A DNA stretch of 64,000 nucleotides from a virus (IMGVR_UViG_3300020727_000019:761-64760), one strand, 5' to 3'; positions 26,987 to 36,744 are shown, counted from the stretch's first letter. Translations and numbers: made by a program. The notes: generated by a model not told the origin, from the sequence alone.

Positions 26987-28806
26987 TCTCCATAGTTCTT
27001 ACCCATACCTGACTCGCAGTTCAAAGGTAGGGCCTTCGCCCAATCAGGTCTCCAACGCATACATGTTTCTACGTACGCTCTAGCTTCATCAGCTTCTGCT
27101 TGTGGTGCGATGCAAGCCACCGCATCGTGCACAGTCAACACAACCTTGTATTTCTTGGCGATCATCAACATCTGTTCGGCAATAACACATCGTGCAACTG
27201 CTTGGCATATGTTCTCTACGACTTTACCCCCATAGATTTTGACCATACCCTTGCGTGTCTTATATTGGTACTGCTCTTTGCCATCAGCATCAAATGTCTT
27301 TTCGAGAGTATCGTATCGTTGCCACAGTCCACTAGGCAGTAGAAACCCTTTCTCTATTGGGTCAAACTTAACCGCATCAACTGCACCAAATGTACTTGCA
27401 TTACCCGACACGATAGCGTTCAGACACTTCTGCGACTCTCGCCAAAGATCGACAATTTTAGGGTACGTTTTGCGATACGTCTCGATAATATGCTTTGACT
27501 CCTGTTCCCCAATGTCTGTGCCAAAATTTTTAAGTTGCGCACTAAACTTAACCGCTCCCATCCCGTACCCCGCACCGAGGATTGTTGTCTTACCAACGAA
27601 CCGCTCTTCTTTTGTGACATCTTCTGCTTTCTTATTGTAGATAGCCGATGCCATGATCTTGTAAACATCCTCGCCATTTTCAAATGCCTCCACTAAATCA
27701 TCTTGCCCCGCCAACCACGCCAATGTGCGTGCTTCGATCTGAGCAGAATCACAATCAATAATCACATACCCATCAGGTGCTTCAATGGACATCTTCAACT
27801 TGCCCGCATTGTTGCCACGACTAGGAAGATTTTGTAGGTTGATCTTATCGTCACCACCCCACCGACCTGTGTGCGCCGCATAATACTTTATGGGTACTGG
27901 TAACTTGCCCCTGTAAGCAATCTCAATGAATCGTTGTGTGCGTGTTTCTTCTAGCGTAGTCTTTAGACCAAGCCGTGCGGACACCAACGCTTGCACCCTT
28001 GGATCAGGATGCTCAAGCAACTCTTTAAACTCCTCGTCAGTCTTAGCAAATGCCCATGCTTCTTTGCCTGTGCGTGCGCTAATCTTTTTGGGCGGGTCAA
28101 CCTTCAGCATCGTCAACAACTCAGCAAACTTGTCGTTGCTCATCAATGAATCTTTATCAGCATCCACCGCCTGTAACAACTGCGCTTTCTTATCCTTGAC
28201 ACTCTCTAAATGAGATTCAAGCATTGGTAAGTTTAGCTCCAGAGTCGGTTCAATGAACATACGTAAAGTTGTATCAATGACTTTTAACTCCTTCGCCGGG
28301 AAAGTCTTCATGAACACATCGAACAACTTCTTTGTCAGTTCCACGTCATTAATGCAATATCGACCATATGCATGGAGATCATCAGCATTAAAATGATTGC
28401 GTCTTTTTCCGAGGGCACTAACAACCTCTGTCCCCTTTGCGCCCAACGAATATTTTTCCACAAGAAACGCAAGACTACCACCGACCTCGACCCCATGCGT
28501 TGCACGTGCCATGCACAATGTGTCAAGCCAAGCCTTCGGTTTAATATTAAACCTCCAAGTGAGAATAGCGCCGTCAAACTGAGCGTTATGGGCAAGTACA
28601 AAAGAATTGCTCCAATCATAGTGACCAAGAAACTCAGCAATCTCAGCATCATCGCCAGTAAACCAAATAGCGTCATCATCATTCTCCTTGACGGATACCC
28701 CGATAACTTCAAAGTCATCATGTCGCACATACTCTTCAGTCGTCATCTTGGATAGACTAAACTCTTTAGAGTAGTACGTTTCAAAATCTATGGTTATTAG
28801 ATTCAT
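26980..28806 (-). CDS. polA: Family A DNA polymerase with 3'-5' exonuclease
   Basis: ExoI TIDFETY, ExoII AHNAQFD, ExoIII YCINDV; motif A DCDSAQIEAR, motif B RFVGKTTILGAGYG, motif C VHDAV. Confidence 0.95.
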   Translation of the reverse strand: MNLITIDFETYYSKEFSLSKMTTEEYVRHDDFEVIGVSVKENDDDAIWFTGDDAEIAEFLGHYDWSNSFVLAHNAQFDGAILTWRFNIKPKAWLDTLCMARATHGVEVGGSLAFLVEKYSLGAKGTEVVSALGKRRNHFNADDLHAYGRYCINDVELTKKLFDVFMKTFPAKELKVIDTTLRMFIEPTLELNLPMLESHLESVKDKKAQLLQAVDADKDSLMSNDKFAELLTMLKVDPPKKISARTGKEAWAFAKTDEEFKELLEHPDPRVQALVSARLGLKTTLEETRTQRFIEIAYRGKLPVPIKYYAAHTGRWGGDDKINLQNLPSRGNNAGKLKMSIEAPDGYVIIDCDSAQIEARTLAWLAGQDDLVEAFENGEDVYKIMASAIYNKKAEDVTKEERFVGKTTILGAGYGMGAVKFSAQLKNFGTDIGEQESKHIIETYRKTYPKIVDLWRESQKCLNAIVSGNASTFGAVDAVKFDPIEKGFLLPSGLWQRYDTLEKTFDADGKEQYQYKTRKGMVKIYGGKVVENICQAVARCVIAEQMLMIAKKYKVVLTVHDAVACIAPQAEADEARAYVETCMRWRPDWAKALPLNCESGMGKNYGEC

Positions 28807-29303
28807 TTTTTCACCATCTTATTCAATGCGCCATTGATTCGTTGTGCAATAGATAAAGTTTGTATTTGGTTTATGCCGTTCTCGCTTGCACTCACTCGTA
28901 TTAAGTCTTCTTGTCGCCGTAACAAGTCTTCACGTTGTCCGTATAACGACCTTGGATCAACCCAAGGGGTTGCTTGATAGCTACCTTGTGCTTTGTTTTT
29001 CACATTAGAGGGTTTGTGTCCCTGAATTGCAGACTCTTGCCTATCCCCAAGTAGCGTCTCCATGCAAGAGTTTTCAAAACGGTTTCGGCAAAGATCACGG
29101 TACGCATCAACCAGTATTTGCTTTTCGGTATCGTTAAGAAACCAATAATATTTTAGATTGGGGTCAGCAATCATGTCAGAGATTGATTGTGCAATATCAT
29201 AAAATTTAGGAGTATGAGTGCCAATTTCATGAATAAAGTCTTCGGGATTCGTGCGCATACGCTCGGCGAGCATTGTCACCATTTGAGATATTTCTGTTTT
29301 CAT
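28803..29303 (-). CDS. Hypothetical protein
   Basis: 166 aa; N-terminus resembles the neighbouring 29300..29641 (V..L..RM...PE.F), a possible paralog. Confidence 0.65.
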   Translation of the reverse strand: MKTEISQMVTMLAERMRTNPEDFIHEIGTHTPKFYDIAQSISDMIADPNLKYYWFLNDTEKQILVDAYRDLCRNRFENSCMETLLGDRQESAIQGHKPSNVKNKAQGSYQATPWVDPRSLYGQREDLLRRQEDLIRVSASENGINQIQTLSIAQRINGALNKMVKK

Positions 29304-29641
29304 TTTTGACCTAGCCTTTTAGCCACATAATCTGCGGGCAACCTTAAATCATCAATGTTAACTTGTTGACCTTCTCCATGAGCGATAGCCTTACCATACG
29401 ACATGTAATTGATTTTGTTCTCTTCCTTGAATATCTGTTGCACAATCAACGATTCAAACTCTTTCCTACGAACTTCTTTTAGAGCGGTGTGAATCATGGC
29501 TTTTTCAGGCTCGGACAAAACATCTCTAAATGTGTCTTTATAAATGAATGACCATCTTTCGTTCTTGGTTGGGTCAAAGAACTCTTCGGGGTAATCATTC
29601 ATGCGGTTCACTAACGCTTGTACACCATTAGATATTTCCAT
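29300..29641 (-). CDS. Hypothetical protein
   Basis: 113 aa; VQALVNRMNDYPEEF. Confidence 0.65.
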   Translation of the reverse strand: MEISNGVQALVNRMNDYPEEFFDPTKNERWSFIYKDTFRDVLSEPEKAMIHTALKEVRRKEFESLIVQQIFKEENKINYMSYGKAIAHGEGQQVNIDDLRLPADYVAKRLGQK

Positions 29642-29642
29642 G

Positions 29643-29945
29643 TCAAACCTCCATCAAGTGTGCGTGCAACTCTGTAAACCTTTTGCCTGTGGCTAGAAAC
29701 TTAACCCGACCGCTATCTTCTGAACCAACCTTCTCAAGCAATTTCTTTGTACATAATTTTTTGATGCGTCTATGCGTGTTGGCTGGCGATGTTCTGCGGA
29801 AGTTATCCACAAAATTCATGATAGTTAATTTATTACCCGCCTTTCGTTCACGCTCCACACTACCAATGATAATTAAATCCACATCATCAATACCAAATGT
29901 TTTATTAACAGATGTTAATAAGTCAGCAACTCTATCTACTTTCAT
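29643..29945 (-). CDS. MarR-like winged-helix protein
   Basis: SPANTHRRIKKLCTKKLLEKVGSEDSGRVKFLATGKR wHTH pattern. Confidence 0.65.
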   Translation of the reverse strand: MKVDRVADLLTSVNKTFGIDDVDLIIIGSVERERKAGNKLTIMNFVDNFRRTSPANTHRRIKKLCTKKLLEKVGSEDSGRVKFLATGKRFTELHAHLMEV

Positions 29946-30154
29946 TTATTTCTCCTGATTGAATAATAGTTGTATCGTCTTTGTCGATACCTCAAAAAAA
30001 TAATACCTTCTGCTTGCAAGCGACTGATGTATCGCTCTGCATGTCGATCACTTATACCAAGTAACCTAGCAACATCTTTAACAGACACTGCGTACTTCCC
30101 CTGCAACTTAGCAGTCAGTCTACGTGCAGTGCCATCTGTGGGCTTCGATCTCAT
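29942..30154 (-). CDS. Winged HTH protein
   Basis: SVKDVARLLGISDRHAERYISRLQAEGII. Confidence 0.75.
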   Translation of the reverse strand: MRSKPTDGTARRLTAKLQGKYAVSVKDVARLLGISDRHAERYISRLQAEGIIFLRYRQRRYNYYSIRRNK

Positions 30155-30477
30155 TTGAGTAATGTGATCACCATACCACCAATGTGTTTAGGGTCAAGGT
30201 GCATTAAGAACATCTCCAGCTCCTCGTACCCCGACTCATCAATCGTTATGGCTATACCGCCCGACTTACTAACATCAAGCATGTTCTTTATCTGCAATCC
30301 TGTCGGCTTATTACCATTAGCTTTACACTCAACAGCAATAAATTTACCATGTAAACAAGCAACGATGTCAGCAACACCTGATGCACCATACCCATGAGTA
30401 GCGGGCATAAAATAATATGCACCTCTATCTTTGAGCATGGCTTTCACTTTATCTTTTACTTTCTTTTCGGGGGTCAT
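30151..30477 (-). CDS. VRR-NUC family nuclease (Holliday-junction-resolvase-like)
   Basis: MTPEKKVK...GVADIVAC..GKFIAVECKA...PT.LQ. Confidence 0.88.
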   Translation of the reverse strand: MTPEKKVKDKVKAMLKDRGAYYFMPATHGYGASGVADIVACLHGKFIAVECKANGNKPTGLQIKNMLDVSKSGGIAITIDESGYEELEMFLMHLDPKHIGGMVITLLK

Positions 30478-30478
30478 G

Positions 30479-30766
30479 TCATTGTGCACTCCTTGATATT
30501 TTCTTTAACTCAACAAACTCATCGTGAGTAAGATAAAGCACCATCATGTTATGCTTGATGCGTCTACCTATTAACTCATCTTCATCTTCATTATTATTTT
30601 TAGGCTCGCACAGTTTTAACAAAGCGATGCGCTCGTTAATGTAGTGGGGCACATCTCTACGCATAACTTGAAAGGTTTCATCGTTGCGATTGTTCATCAC
30701 ATTGATGTTGTGCCAGTCGTTTATGTCTAAGAGAGATGCCACGTATGGATTCTTAATCATATCCAT
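30479..30766 (-). CDS. Hypothetical protein
   Basis: 95 aa ORF just downstream of a sigma70 promoter; may start at the second ATG (30760). Confidence 0.65.
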   Translation of the reverse strand: MDMIKNPYVASLLDINDWHNINVMNNRNDETFQVMRRDVPHYINERIALLKLCEPKNNNEDEDELIGRRIKHNMMVLYLTHDEFVELKKISRSAQ

Positions 30767-30794
30767 AGTATAGTGTCGCTTCGCAATTTGTCAA
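30767..30794 (-). promoter_or_regulatory. sigma70-type promoter
   Basis: TTGACA-16 nt-TATACT on the - strand. Confidence 0.65.
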
Positions 30795-30819
30795 GGGTTA
30801 TAAATAATATTTTTATTAT

Positions 30820-31692
30820 TTATTCGCTATCTGTGTGAGTCTCAATCCAAAACTCAACCTTGCTAGATCGCATACCGACTTGAGGTATAAAGTTATCACC
30901 TTCCAACATGCGCAACAACGTGACATTTTGTTGTATGATACTTGGGCACTCCGCTAGGCTCTCGTATGTAGTAGTGTTGCTTTTACTCTCATCATCTTTT
31001 ATTGTGATCACCACAGACTCATCTGGATTAATGAATACATGAGTACGTGAGAACTTCTTTTTCTTACGCTCTAACCAATCCTCATACGCATTCATAGCAT
31101 CACCCATGTACTTCTTGAATGTATTGGTGACTGGTTCTAGCCCCGCTTGTTTCATTGCATATAGTTCTTGCATGATGTCAGACTTACTGCTACTCACTAG
31201 ATCATGGACTAGATTCTTTGGTTGATCAATCCAAAACTCAACTTTGCTCTCAGCCATGTATACTGTTTTATCTATAATCTCGTCAATGCTAAACGGCTTT
31301 AAGTAGTCACGCATCCACTTAGATACTTTCTTATCATCCACAGTCTGCCTTGAATAATAATTTATATTGTAGTCACTGTATTTTTCGTTGTTAATTAGCC
31401 GACTGTCAATCCGTATGTACTGCCTGTTCTTATCATCAAGGCCGTCAAGTTTCAACTCACCAATAATGTTTTCTATCTTGGTGCTTTGTGCGTACGACAC
31501 TCTGCTATCAAAGAACCTGATTAGATACTCGCTCTCTATCTTTGCATTGATTGGAAACCTACTGACTTGCTTGCGCTTGAAGTCTGTCAGCAGAGCAGAA
31601 AGTTTTGGGTTCAATACTATGTTGTTTGGGTTGATTATGTTAATCATTTGCACTATCTCCTTTAAGACCATTGACTTGTTCTTTATGAACAT
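30820..31692 (-). CDS. Hypothetical protein
   Basis: About 290 aa ORF; start uncertain. Confidence 0.7.
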   Translation of the reverse strand: MFIKNKSMVLKEIVQMINIINPNNIVLNPKLSALLTDFKRKQVSRFPINAKIESEYLIRFFDSRVSYAQSTKIENIIGELKLDGLDDKNRQYIRIDSRLINNEKYSDYNINYYSRQTVDDKKVSKWMRDYLKPFSIDEIIDKTVYMAESKVEFWIDQPKNLVHDLVSSSKSDIMQELYAMKQAGLEPVTNTFKKYMGDAMNAYEDWLERKKKKFSRTHVFINPDESVVITIKDDESKSNTTTYESLAECPSIIQQNVTLLRMLEGDNFIPQVGMRSSKVEFWIETHTDSE

Positions 31693-31891
31693 CTGTTAAT
31701 AATTTGGCAATTGCGGGTTCTACTTTGGTTAACGAATTGGTTTTGTAACTACGGCAATGAAACTCATCACCCCAAAAATACAAATACACATGAGGGTTGT
31801 CCTTCTTAAACGCAAGGTCTTCAAACGCTACATACCCAATTCGATTACTCTTTGTAAGTACCCAATCGCCTTCCTCGATACTACTCATCAA
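31640..31891 (-). CDS. Hypothetical protein (SH3-like beta pattern)
   Basis: IEEGDWVLTKSNRIGYV... Confidence 0.6.
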   Translation of the reverse strand: MMSSIEEGDWVLTKSNRIGYVAFEDLAFKKDNPHVYLYFWGDEFHCRSYKTNSLTKVEPAIAKLLTDVHKEQVNGLKGDSAND

Positions 31892-32721
31892 AACATACCT
31901 AAGATCTCATCGACCTTGGCTTTCACGTCAAGACGCAGATCATCGTCCTTGCGTAACTCGCTGGCCGTGACACCTACAAGCGCACTCTCCAACTTCTTTC
32001 TAGCAAACTCTAATTTAGAGTCACCAGTCACGTTCAACTTAGTAAGCAACTCGCATAGGTCTGATGCATTATTCACCAATGAGTCTCTGAATATCTGCTT
32101 ATCCTCGCCCGCCAACTTTGTGCTCATGCGTGTCAGGCAATCGTGCAATCTATCCCATGCATCTTTCATAGCATCTGCCAACTTGTTGTTGTAGAACTCT
32201 TCATACTGGGCCTTCAGCTCTTCCTTGTGGGCATCATTTACCTCAATCCTAAAGTCACCTACATCAGGCACTGGCAAGAACACATACTTAAACTTAAACT
32301 TGCTTTTCAAACTCTCAGCAGTAGGATACTCTTCCGAGTCAAACAAATCACCCAACTGGAAAGCCGCCGCCGTTACTAGCGTGTCGTACTCTTGCAAGAA
32401 CATCTGTACCTCACCTTCCAACTGACGCTCAAAGTCTCCAAGCGTAGCCTTGTAGTCAAAGAAGTTTTTCATTGGTAGTAAGCGAGACCCGCCATCCGAC
32501 CAAGGCAAGGTCTGCTCGTAGTGCCACGTACGAATCTTAGTAACAAGTTTCTGCAACTCATCCAACCGATCTGTACCTGCCAACAACTTTTTGTGATAGT
32601 TGCCAGCCCGAGACTTTGTACCCTTGCTCGCATCAATCTCCTCGGATACTTTCTTATCCATCTTGCGACCTGTCCATACACTGATGTTCAAGTCAACTAG
32701 CATTGCACTGTTCTGAATCAT
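31888..32721 (-). CDS. DUF3150-like helical protein associated with the AAA/vWA module
   Basis: AMLVDLNISVWTGRKMDK...TLPWSDGGSRLLP...FKFKYVFLPVP; start at MIQN with AGGAG. Confidence 0.65.
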   Translation of the reverse strand: MIQNSAMLVDLNISVWTGRKMDKKVSEEIDASKGTKSRAGNYHKKLLAGTDRLDELQKLVTKIRTWHYEQTLPWSDGGSRLLPMKNFFDYKATLGDFERQLEGEVQMFLQEYDTLVTAAAFQLGDLFDSEEYPTAESLKSKFKFKYVFLPVPDVGDFRIEVNDAHKEELKAQYEEFYNNKLADAMKDAWDRLHDCLTRMSTKLAGEDKQIFRDSLVNNASDLCELLTKLNVTGDSKLEFARKKLESALVGVTASELRKDDDLRLDVKAKVDEILGMF

Positions 32722-32756
32722 TTGCACTCTCCTTTTTGTTAACACCTGTTAATAAA

Positions 32757-33962
32757 TTACGCTTCGATGTGAATAGTCTTACCAACATCTGAAGTAACCT
32801 CACTTGTGATACCCCATAGTGTTGGACAATCCCACACACCCCAGTCCCCACCTAAATAACCATCGGTTAAGATAACCGAACACTCAGCCTTGATCCTATG
32901 CTCTCGCATATAGATAGGCACGCACGCTACATCAGTACCGCCCCCACCCTTGGGCTTAGTACTGGACAACAAGTTGTCAAGTTGATCTTGCTCGTACTTC
33001 TCATGCGAGCACACCTCGGTATCCCAATAGATCAAGTCGATACCTTCGGGTCTAACAGTCTCGCATATCTTGCGCACCTCACCAAGGAACTGCCCGATCT
33101 CCTCGCTACCAATCGACCCTGACATATCAATAGCTACCACGATACGCCCGACCGACTCACCGATCAATGATGGCATGTAAACATCTTGGTCTATCCACCT
33201 ACGATTTGGTCTACGCCATGTGCTCTCATCCTTATCCATACAGAACGATGTGACAAACTCACGCATAGCCTCACGCCAATCGACCTTGGCTTTTAGTTCA
33301 TCGGTCACTTCCCTAGGTACGTTGGCACTCATCTTGCCCGCAAGGATCGCACCCTGACGCAACGCTTGGTCAATGTCTCGTGCTAGTTTATTCTGCTCTT
33401 CCTTGGTCATATCCTTCGCACCATCCCAGTCATGCTCATCAAAGCCACCATACCCCGACTCGTTGTCAACTGGTATATCCTTGCCTTGTGGATTGCCGAC
33501 TGTCTTCACATGCACCGACCCACCCTGTGCTTGTTGCATCAAGTCCTTGTACACCGACCCAGCATCCCATCCCCGATACTTCGGATCAAGCAACGCCATA
33601 TCAGGCAACCTAACGAACGACCCATTCATATCAGAATCTTCGATCATTATGTTGATAACAAAGTCACACGCCATGTTAGCCAACTGTGCATGTTCGTCAT
33701 AGAGATGTCTCCATGTAGTAGTGTGTCGGAAAGCCTTGTGTAGATTCTCATGCAAGATAACTGCACGCAGTCCCTTGTCATCCATCTTCTCAACGAACGC
33801 TCTACCATACATAGTGTTGCGACCATCGGTACAAGCAGTTGGGACATCATCCTTCACGCTTGTTTCACCGACCATAAAGATACCCGAATACCAACAGTAC
33901 TTGGGGTCTTTCATCAAGGCAACGTGTGCCTTCTGTACTCTTTGTTCTGCACTTAATGTCAT
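32757..33962 (-). CDS. vWA domain + DUF2201-like metallopeptidase
   Basis: PTACTDG, HENLH (HExxH), MIDAS DMSGS, GGGTD, ILTDG. Confidence 0.88.
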   Translation of the reverse strand: MTLSAEQRVQKAHVALMKDPKYCWYSGIFMVGETSVKDDVPTACTDGRNTMYGRAFVEKMDDKGLRAVILHENLHKAFRHTTTWRHLYDEHAQLANMACDFVINIMIEDSDMNGSFVRLPDMALLDPKYRGWDAGSVYKDLMQQAQGGSVHVKTVGNPQGKDIPVDNESGYGGFDEHDWDGAKDMTKEEQNKLARDIDQALRQGAILAGKMSANVPREVTDELKAKVDWREAMREFVTSFCMDKDESTWRRPNRRWIDQDVYMPSLIGESVGRIVVAIDMSGSIGSEEIGQFLGEVRKICETVRPEGIDLIYWDTEVCSHEKYEQDQLDNLLSSTKPKGGGGTDVACVPIYMREHRIKAECSVILTDGYLGGDWGVWDCPTLWGITSEVTSDVGKTIHIEA

Positions 33963-33984
33963 TTTATGAACTCCTGTTAATAAA

Positions 33985-35067
33985 TTAGAACAACCATTGA
34001 TTGTTCAACGCCCAGTCCTTGAAGTCTTTCTGCAACACGCAGAACGCTTGCTTGCTTGGAGACTTCATCACACTCGTAGCAAACAACGCTTGCCACTCCT
34101 TGTCCATACGTTGTACGTAGGACATCCACTTGCTTAGAGTATCTTTCTCTACTCTACTGATTGCACTAAACACTAGTATGCATTTAGCTACTGCATCTGT
34201 CGGTAGCTTTGCAGTCAACGGACTAGCCATGATCGCATCCCATGTAGGTAACTTGTCCACCACAGTAAAGAACGATTGCATATCCCTCGATGCACTCTCA
34301 CCGATAGTGCCTGTCAGCATACTAATTGTCAGCGCATCACCCAACTGGTCACGTTGCTTTGCAATGTAACTAGCCTTCTCCAAACTTCTTGGTGTAACCA
34401 CCGCACCCATACCAGCACGCTGTGGATTGAAGATATAGGGATTATCTTTCTGCCCACCATCGGTGTAACTTGCCAACGCATGTGGGAACTGCTTAACCCA
34501 TGCGATCACCTCGGGTGCAATGTTATTACCCAATGCCCACTCAATCCACTCATCTGCATCGGGCTTGCGCACAGTTACAAAACACACACGATTCCTTGCA
34601 TGTGCTTCGAGCATGTCACCGACACCATCTGTCAACAGATTAGTTGTACCGAACACAATCGAACCTTCAGGCAAGTAGTTGTCACCGATCCTATGCTCTA
34701 GCATAAGAGTCAATAGCACATTCTTAACCGCCTTCATTGCCTTGCCGATCTCGTCAAGCATAACAATAACGGGCTTGTTCATATGCATCTTGAACCTAGC
34801 ATTGGGCGCAAACTTAGTTACACGCATACCAAACTCACTGTCCACCACCTCGGTGTAGGGCAAAGCAAAGTCGCCGAGGTCAAGCAAGGTGCAGTCGATG
34901 TACGCCAACTCATAATTGGGATACTGCGCACCAAGAACTTTTAGCATGGCGCTCTTGCCAATCCCAGGTTCACCCTGTCCGATCACAGTTACCTTCTCGC
35001 CCACAATGCCGATGCTTTGAGCAAACTCTTTCAATGATACAGAACTACCAAAATTAATTGCACTCAT
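33985..35067 (-). CDS. MoxR-like AAA+ ATPase
   Basis: Walker A GEPGIGKS, Walker B VMLDEIGK, sensor GTTN, arginine finger ARNRV, TPRSLE. Confidence 0.9.
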   Translation of the reverse strand: MSAINFGSSVSLKEFAQSIGIVGEKVTVIGQGEPGIGKSAMLKVLGAQYPNYELAYIDCTLLDLGDFALPYTEVVDSEFGMRVTKFAPNARFKMHMNKPVIVMLDEIGKAMKAVKNVLLTLMLEHRIGDNYLPEGSIVFGTTNLLTDGVGDMLEAHARNRVCFVTVRKPDADEWIEWALGNNIAPEVIAWVKQFPHALASYTDGGQKDNPYIFNPQRAGMGAVVTPRSLEKASYIAKQRDQLGDALTISMLTGTIGESASRDMQSFFTVVDKLPTWDAIMASPLTAKLPTDAVAKCILVFSAISRVEKDTLSKWMSYVQRMDKEWQALFATSVMKSPSKQAFCVLQKDFKDWALNNQWLF

Positions 35068-35136
35068 TTGTTTTTCCTTTTATTAACAGTTGTTAACCTA
35101 ACACAATTACTAACCACTTCGACAACTGTTACACCT

Positions 35137-35165
35137 ATTATAACAGATGTCATACCCCTTGTCAA
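35137..35165 (-). promoter_or_regulatory. Perfect-consensus sigma70 promoter for the AAA/vWA operon, overlapped by a degenerate operator
   Basis: TTGACA-17 nt-TATAAT on the - strand; ATAACAGATGTCAT at 35140-35153. Confidence 0.85.
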
Positions 35166-35181
35166 GTATTTGAGAACTTGA

Positions 35182-36078
35182 TTAAACGACATTGGTCATG
35201 GCCTTGCCTGACGCAATCACCTCCTTTGTAGTGTATATATCATTCGCACCCTCAACGACTGTATAAACTCTACGCTTGAGCGTCTCGAATTTAAACTGCT
35301 TGTCGTACATATGTATCCTGTGCATACCCCATTGCATCTTCTCCTCATGGGTTTCTGCAATATTCTTTTTGATCGGCTCATCGGTACGCAACAGATACGC
35401 CATCATAAATATATATCTGTCTTCCTTTGTTTGCATCTGCTCGTACAAATCTGGCGAACTAAAATAGCCCCAGTTAATTTGCCCATTAATAATCTCCACA
35501 TGTTCTTTAACAGTACTGTGCATCACCCACCCATCCGACATGGCAAGGAACAACTTAGCAAAGTTTAAGAATGGCTCTACAACTGCGCGGGCTGCCTTTG
35601 CCTTCGCACGATCTACAACACGTTTGGTGATAGCGACATCTCCAACGGGTTTATACATCACACCATGCACATGTTGTCCATTTTGATACTCACCCTCATA
35701 CTGCAACGTCAACTCTCCGTTGACTGGGTACGACACACCACGCTCATGATTACTTGACTCATCCACAAAGTTAACCCACACTTTGTTGTATTGTTTCCAA
35801 CACTTGAATGGGCTGTATGTATAGATAAAGTCAGCAGTCAATGGCGTAACCCATCCGCCAGTACGCACCACGATGTCACCATTTGGAAAGTACTCAACGC
35901 ACTCGGTGTTGTGGAACTTCAACGCATACGATGTCTCACCGCTCAACAATTTCTTGGCAATGATAGTTTTATGCGTGTGTCTGCGATCATGGATCGGTCT
36001 GCAATCAGGTCGCCCACGAATGGGCTTGATCTTCTCATACTGATTCTTGAAATACTCATAGTCTCTGATGCGTGTCAT
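35182..36078 (-). CDS. Early hypothetical protein
   Basis: 298 aa; AGGAG RBS lies inside the operator-like repeat. Confidence 0.75.
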   Translation of the reverse strand: MTRIRDYEYFKNQYEKIKPIRGRPDCRPIHDRRHTHKTIIAKKLLSGETSYALKFHNTECVEYFPNGDIVVRTGGWVTPLTADFIYTYSPFKCWKQYNKVWVNFVDESSNHERGVSYPVNGELTLQYEGEYQNGQHVHGVMYKPVGDVAITKRVVDRAKAKAARAVVEPFLNFAKLFLAMSDGWVMHSTVKEHVEIINGQINWGYFSSPDLYEQMQTKEDRYIFMMAYLLRTDEPIKKNIAETHEEKMQWGMHRIHMYDKQFKFETLKRRVYTVVEGANDIYTTKEVIASGKAMTNVV

Positions 36079-36188
36079 TTATGAACTCCTGTTAATAAAT
36101 ACAAAATTGCCACCGCCAATATGACGATGATCGTTTTTCTACGAATCGCACGTAGGTCTTCCTCAGTCAACTGATCTTTGCGTATCAT
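36075..36188 (-). CDS. Small membrane peptide
   Basis: MIRKDQLTEEDLRAIRRKTIIVILAVAILYLLTGVHK. Confidence 0.55.
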   Translation of the reverse strand: MIRKDQLTEEDLRAIRRKTIIVILAVAILYLLTGVHK

Positions 36189-36336
36189 CCGCAATCCCTC
36201 CGTTAATGATCCAGTTGTGTAGCAACTGTGCCTGTGCATAGTAGAACTGGTTATCCCTAGCATCCAGTAGCACATAGTCCACGATGTCGTTTAACGCATT
36301 AATCTCTTGTTGTGTCATCTCAAGTATGATTTTCAT
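36163..36336 (-). CDS. Small early protein (not in ORF track)
   Basis: MKIILEMTQQEINALNDIVDYVLLDARD...; AGGAGTTCATAAATG RBS repeat. Confidence 0.65.
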   Translation of the reverse strand: MKIILEMTQQEINALNDIVDYVLLDARDNQFYYAQAQLLHNWIINGGIADDTQRSVD

Positions 36337-36347
36337 TTATGAACTCC

Positions 36348-36482
36348 TCAAATGATTGAAAAGCAACCCACCCACTCTTGGTAGTGGTGTTGCTCGAATA
36401 GGCGCAAAGCCTCGGGTTTGCCGTTAAACAACCTTATCACGCAGATTGTTCCTCTATCGTAGTTCTTCCAAACTATCTCCAT
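36348..36482 (-). CDS. Small early protein (not in ORF track)
   Basis: MEIVWKNYDRGTICVIRLFNGKPEALRLFEQHHYQEWVGCFSII; same RBS repeat. Confidence 0.6.
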   Translation of the reverse strand: MEIVWKNYDRGTICVIRLFNGKPEALRLFEQHHYQEWVGCFSII

Positions 36483-36543
36483 TTATGAACTCCTGTTAAT
36501 AAGTTTTGCTGTGTGCTCGTACACTTACTCTGCATCTGCACTC

Positions 36544-36744
36544 TCATACCATCACCTCATCCAGTTGCAAACTCGCAAGCGTCATGTTTAGATATACATA
36601 TCTATCTCGCTCTAACTTGCGCACCCAAACGCCCCTTGGCGTGAAGTCCATGACCTCATACCTGTGGCGAAAACCCTTGTAATCCTTTCGCATTACAATG
36701 TCACCGATCTCAACTGGTTTACCAGTCTTACGATCAATTACCAT
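36544..36744 (-). CDS. Small early protein (KOW/SH3-like)
   Basis: VIDRKTGKPVEIGDIV...; start approximate. Confidence 0.6.
   Translation of the reverse strand: MVIDRKTGKPVEIGDIVMRKDYKGFRHRYEVMDFTPRGVWVRKLERDRYVYLNMTLASLQLDEVMV

Noticed and set aside
30801-30822. AT-only inverted repeat TAAATAAT-N6-ATTATTTA as a terminator
   Set aside because: The stem has no GC pairs. It may be an UP element or protein site, but the support is insufficient.
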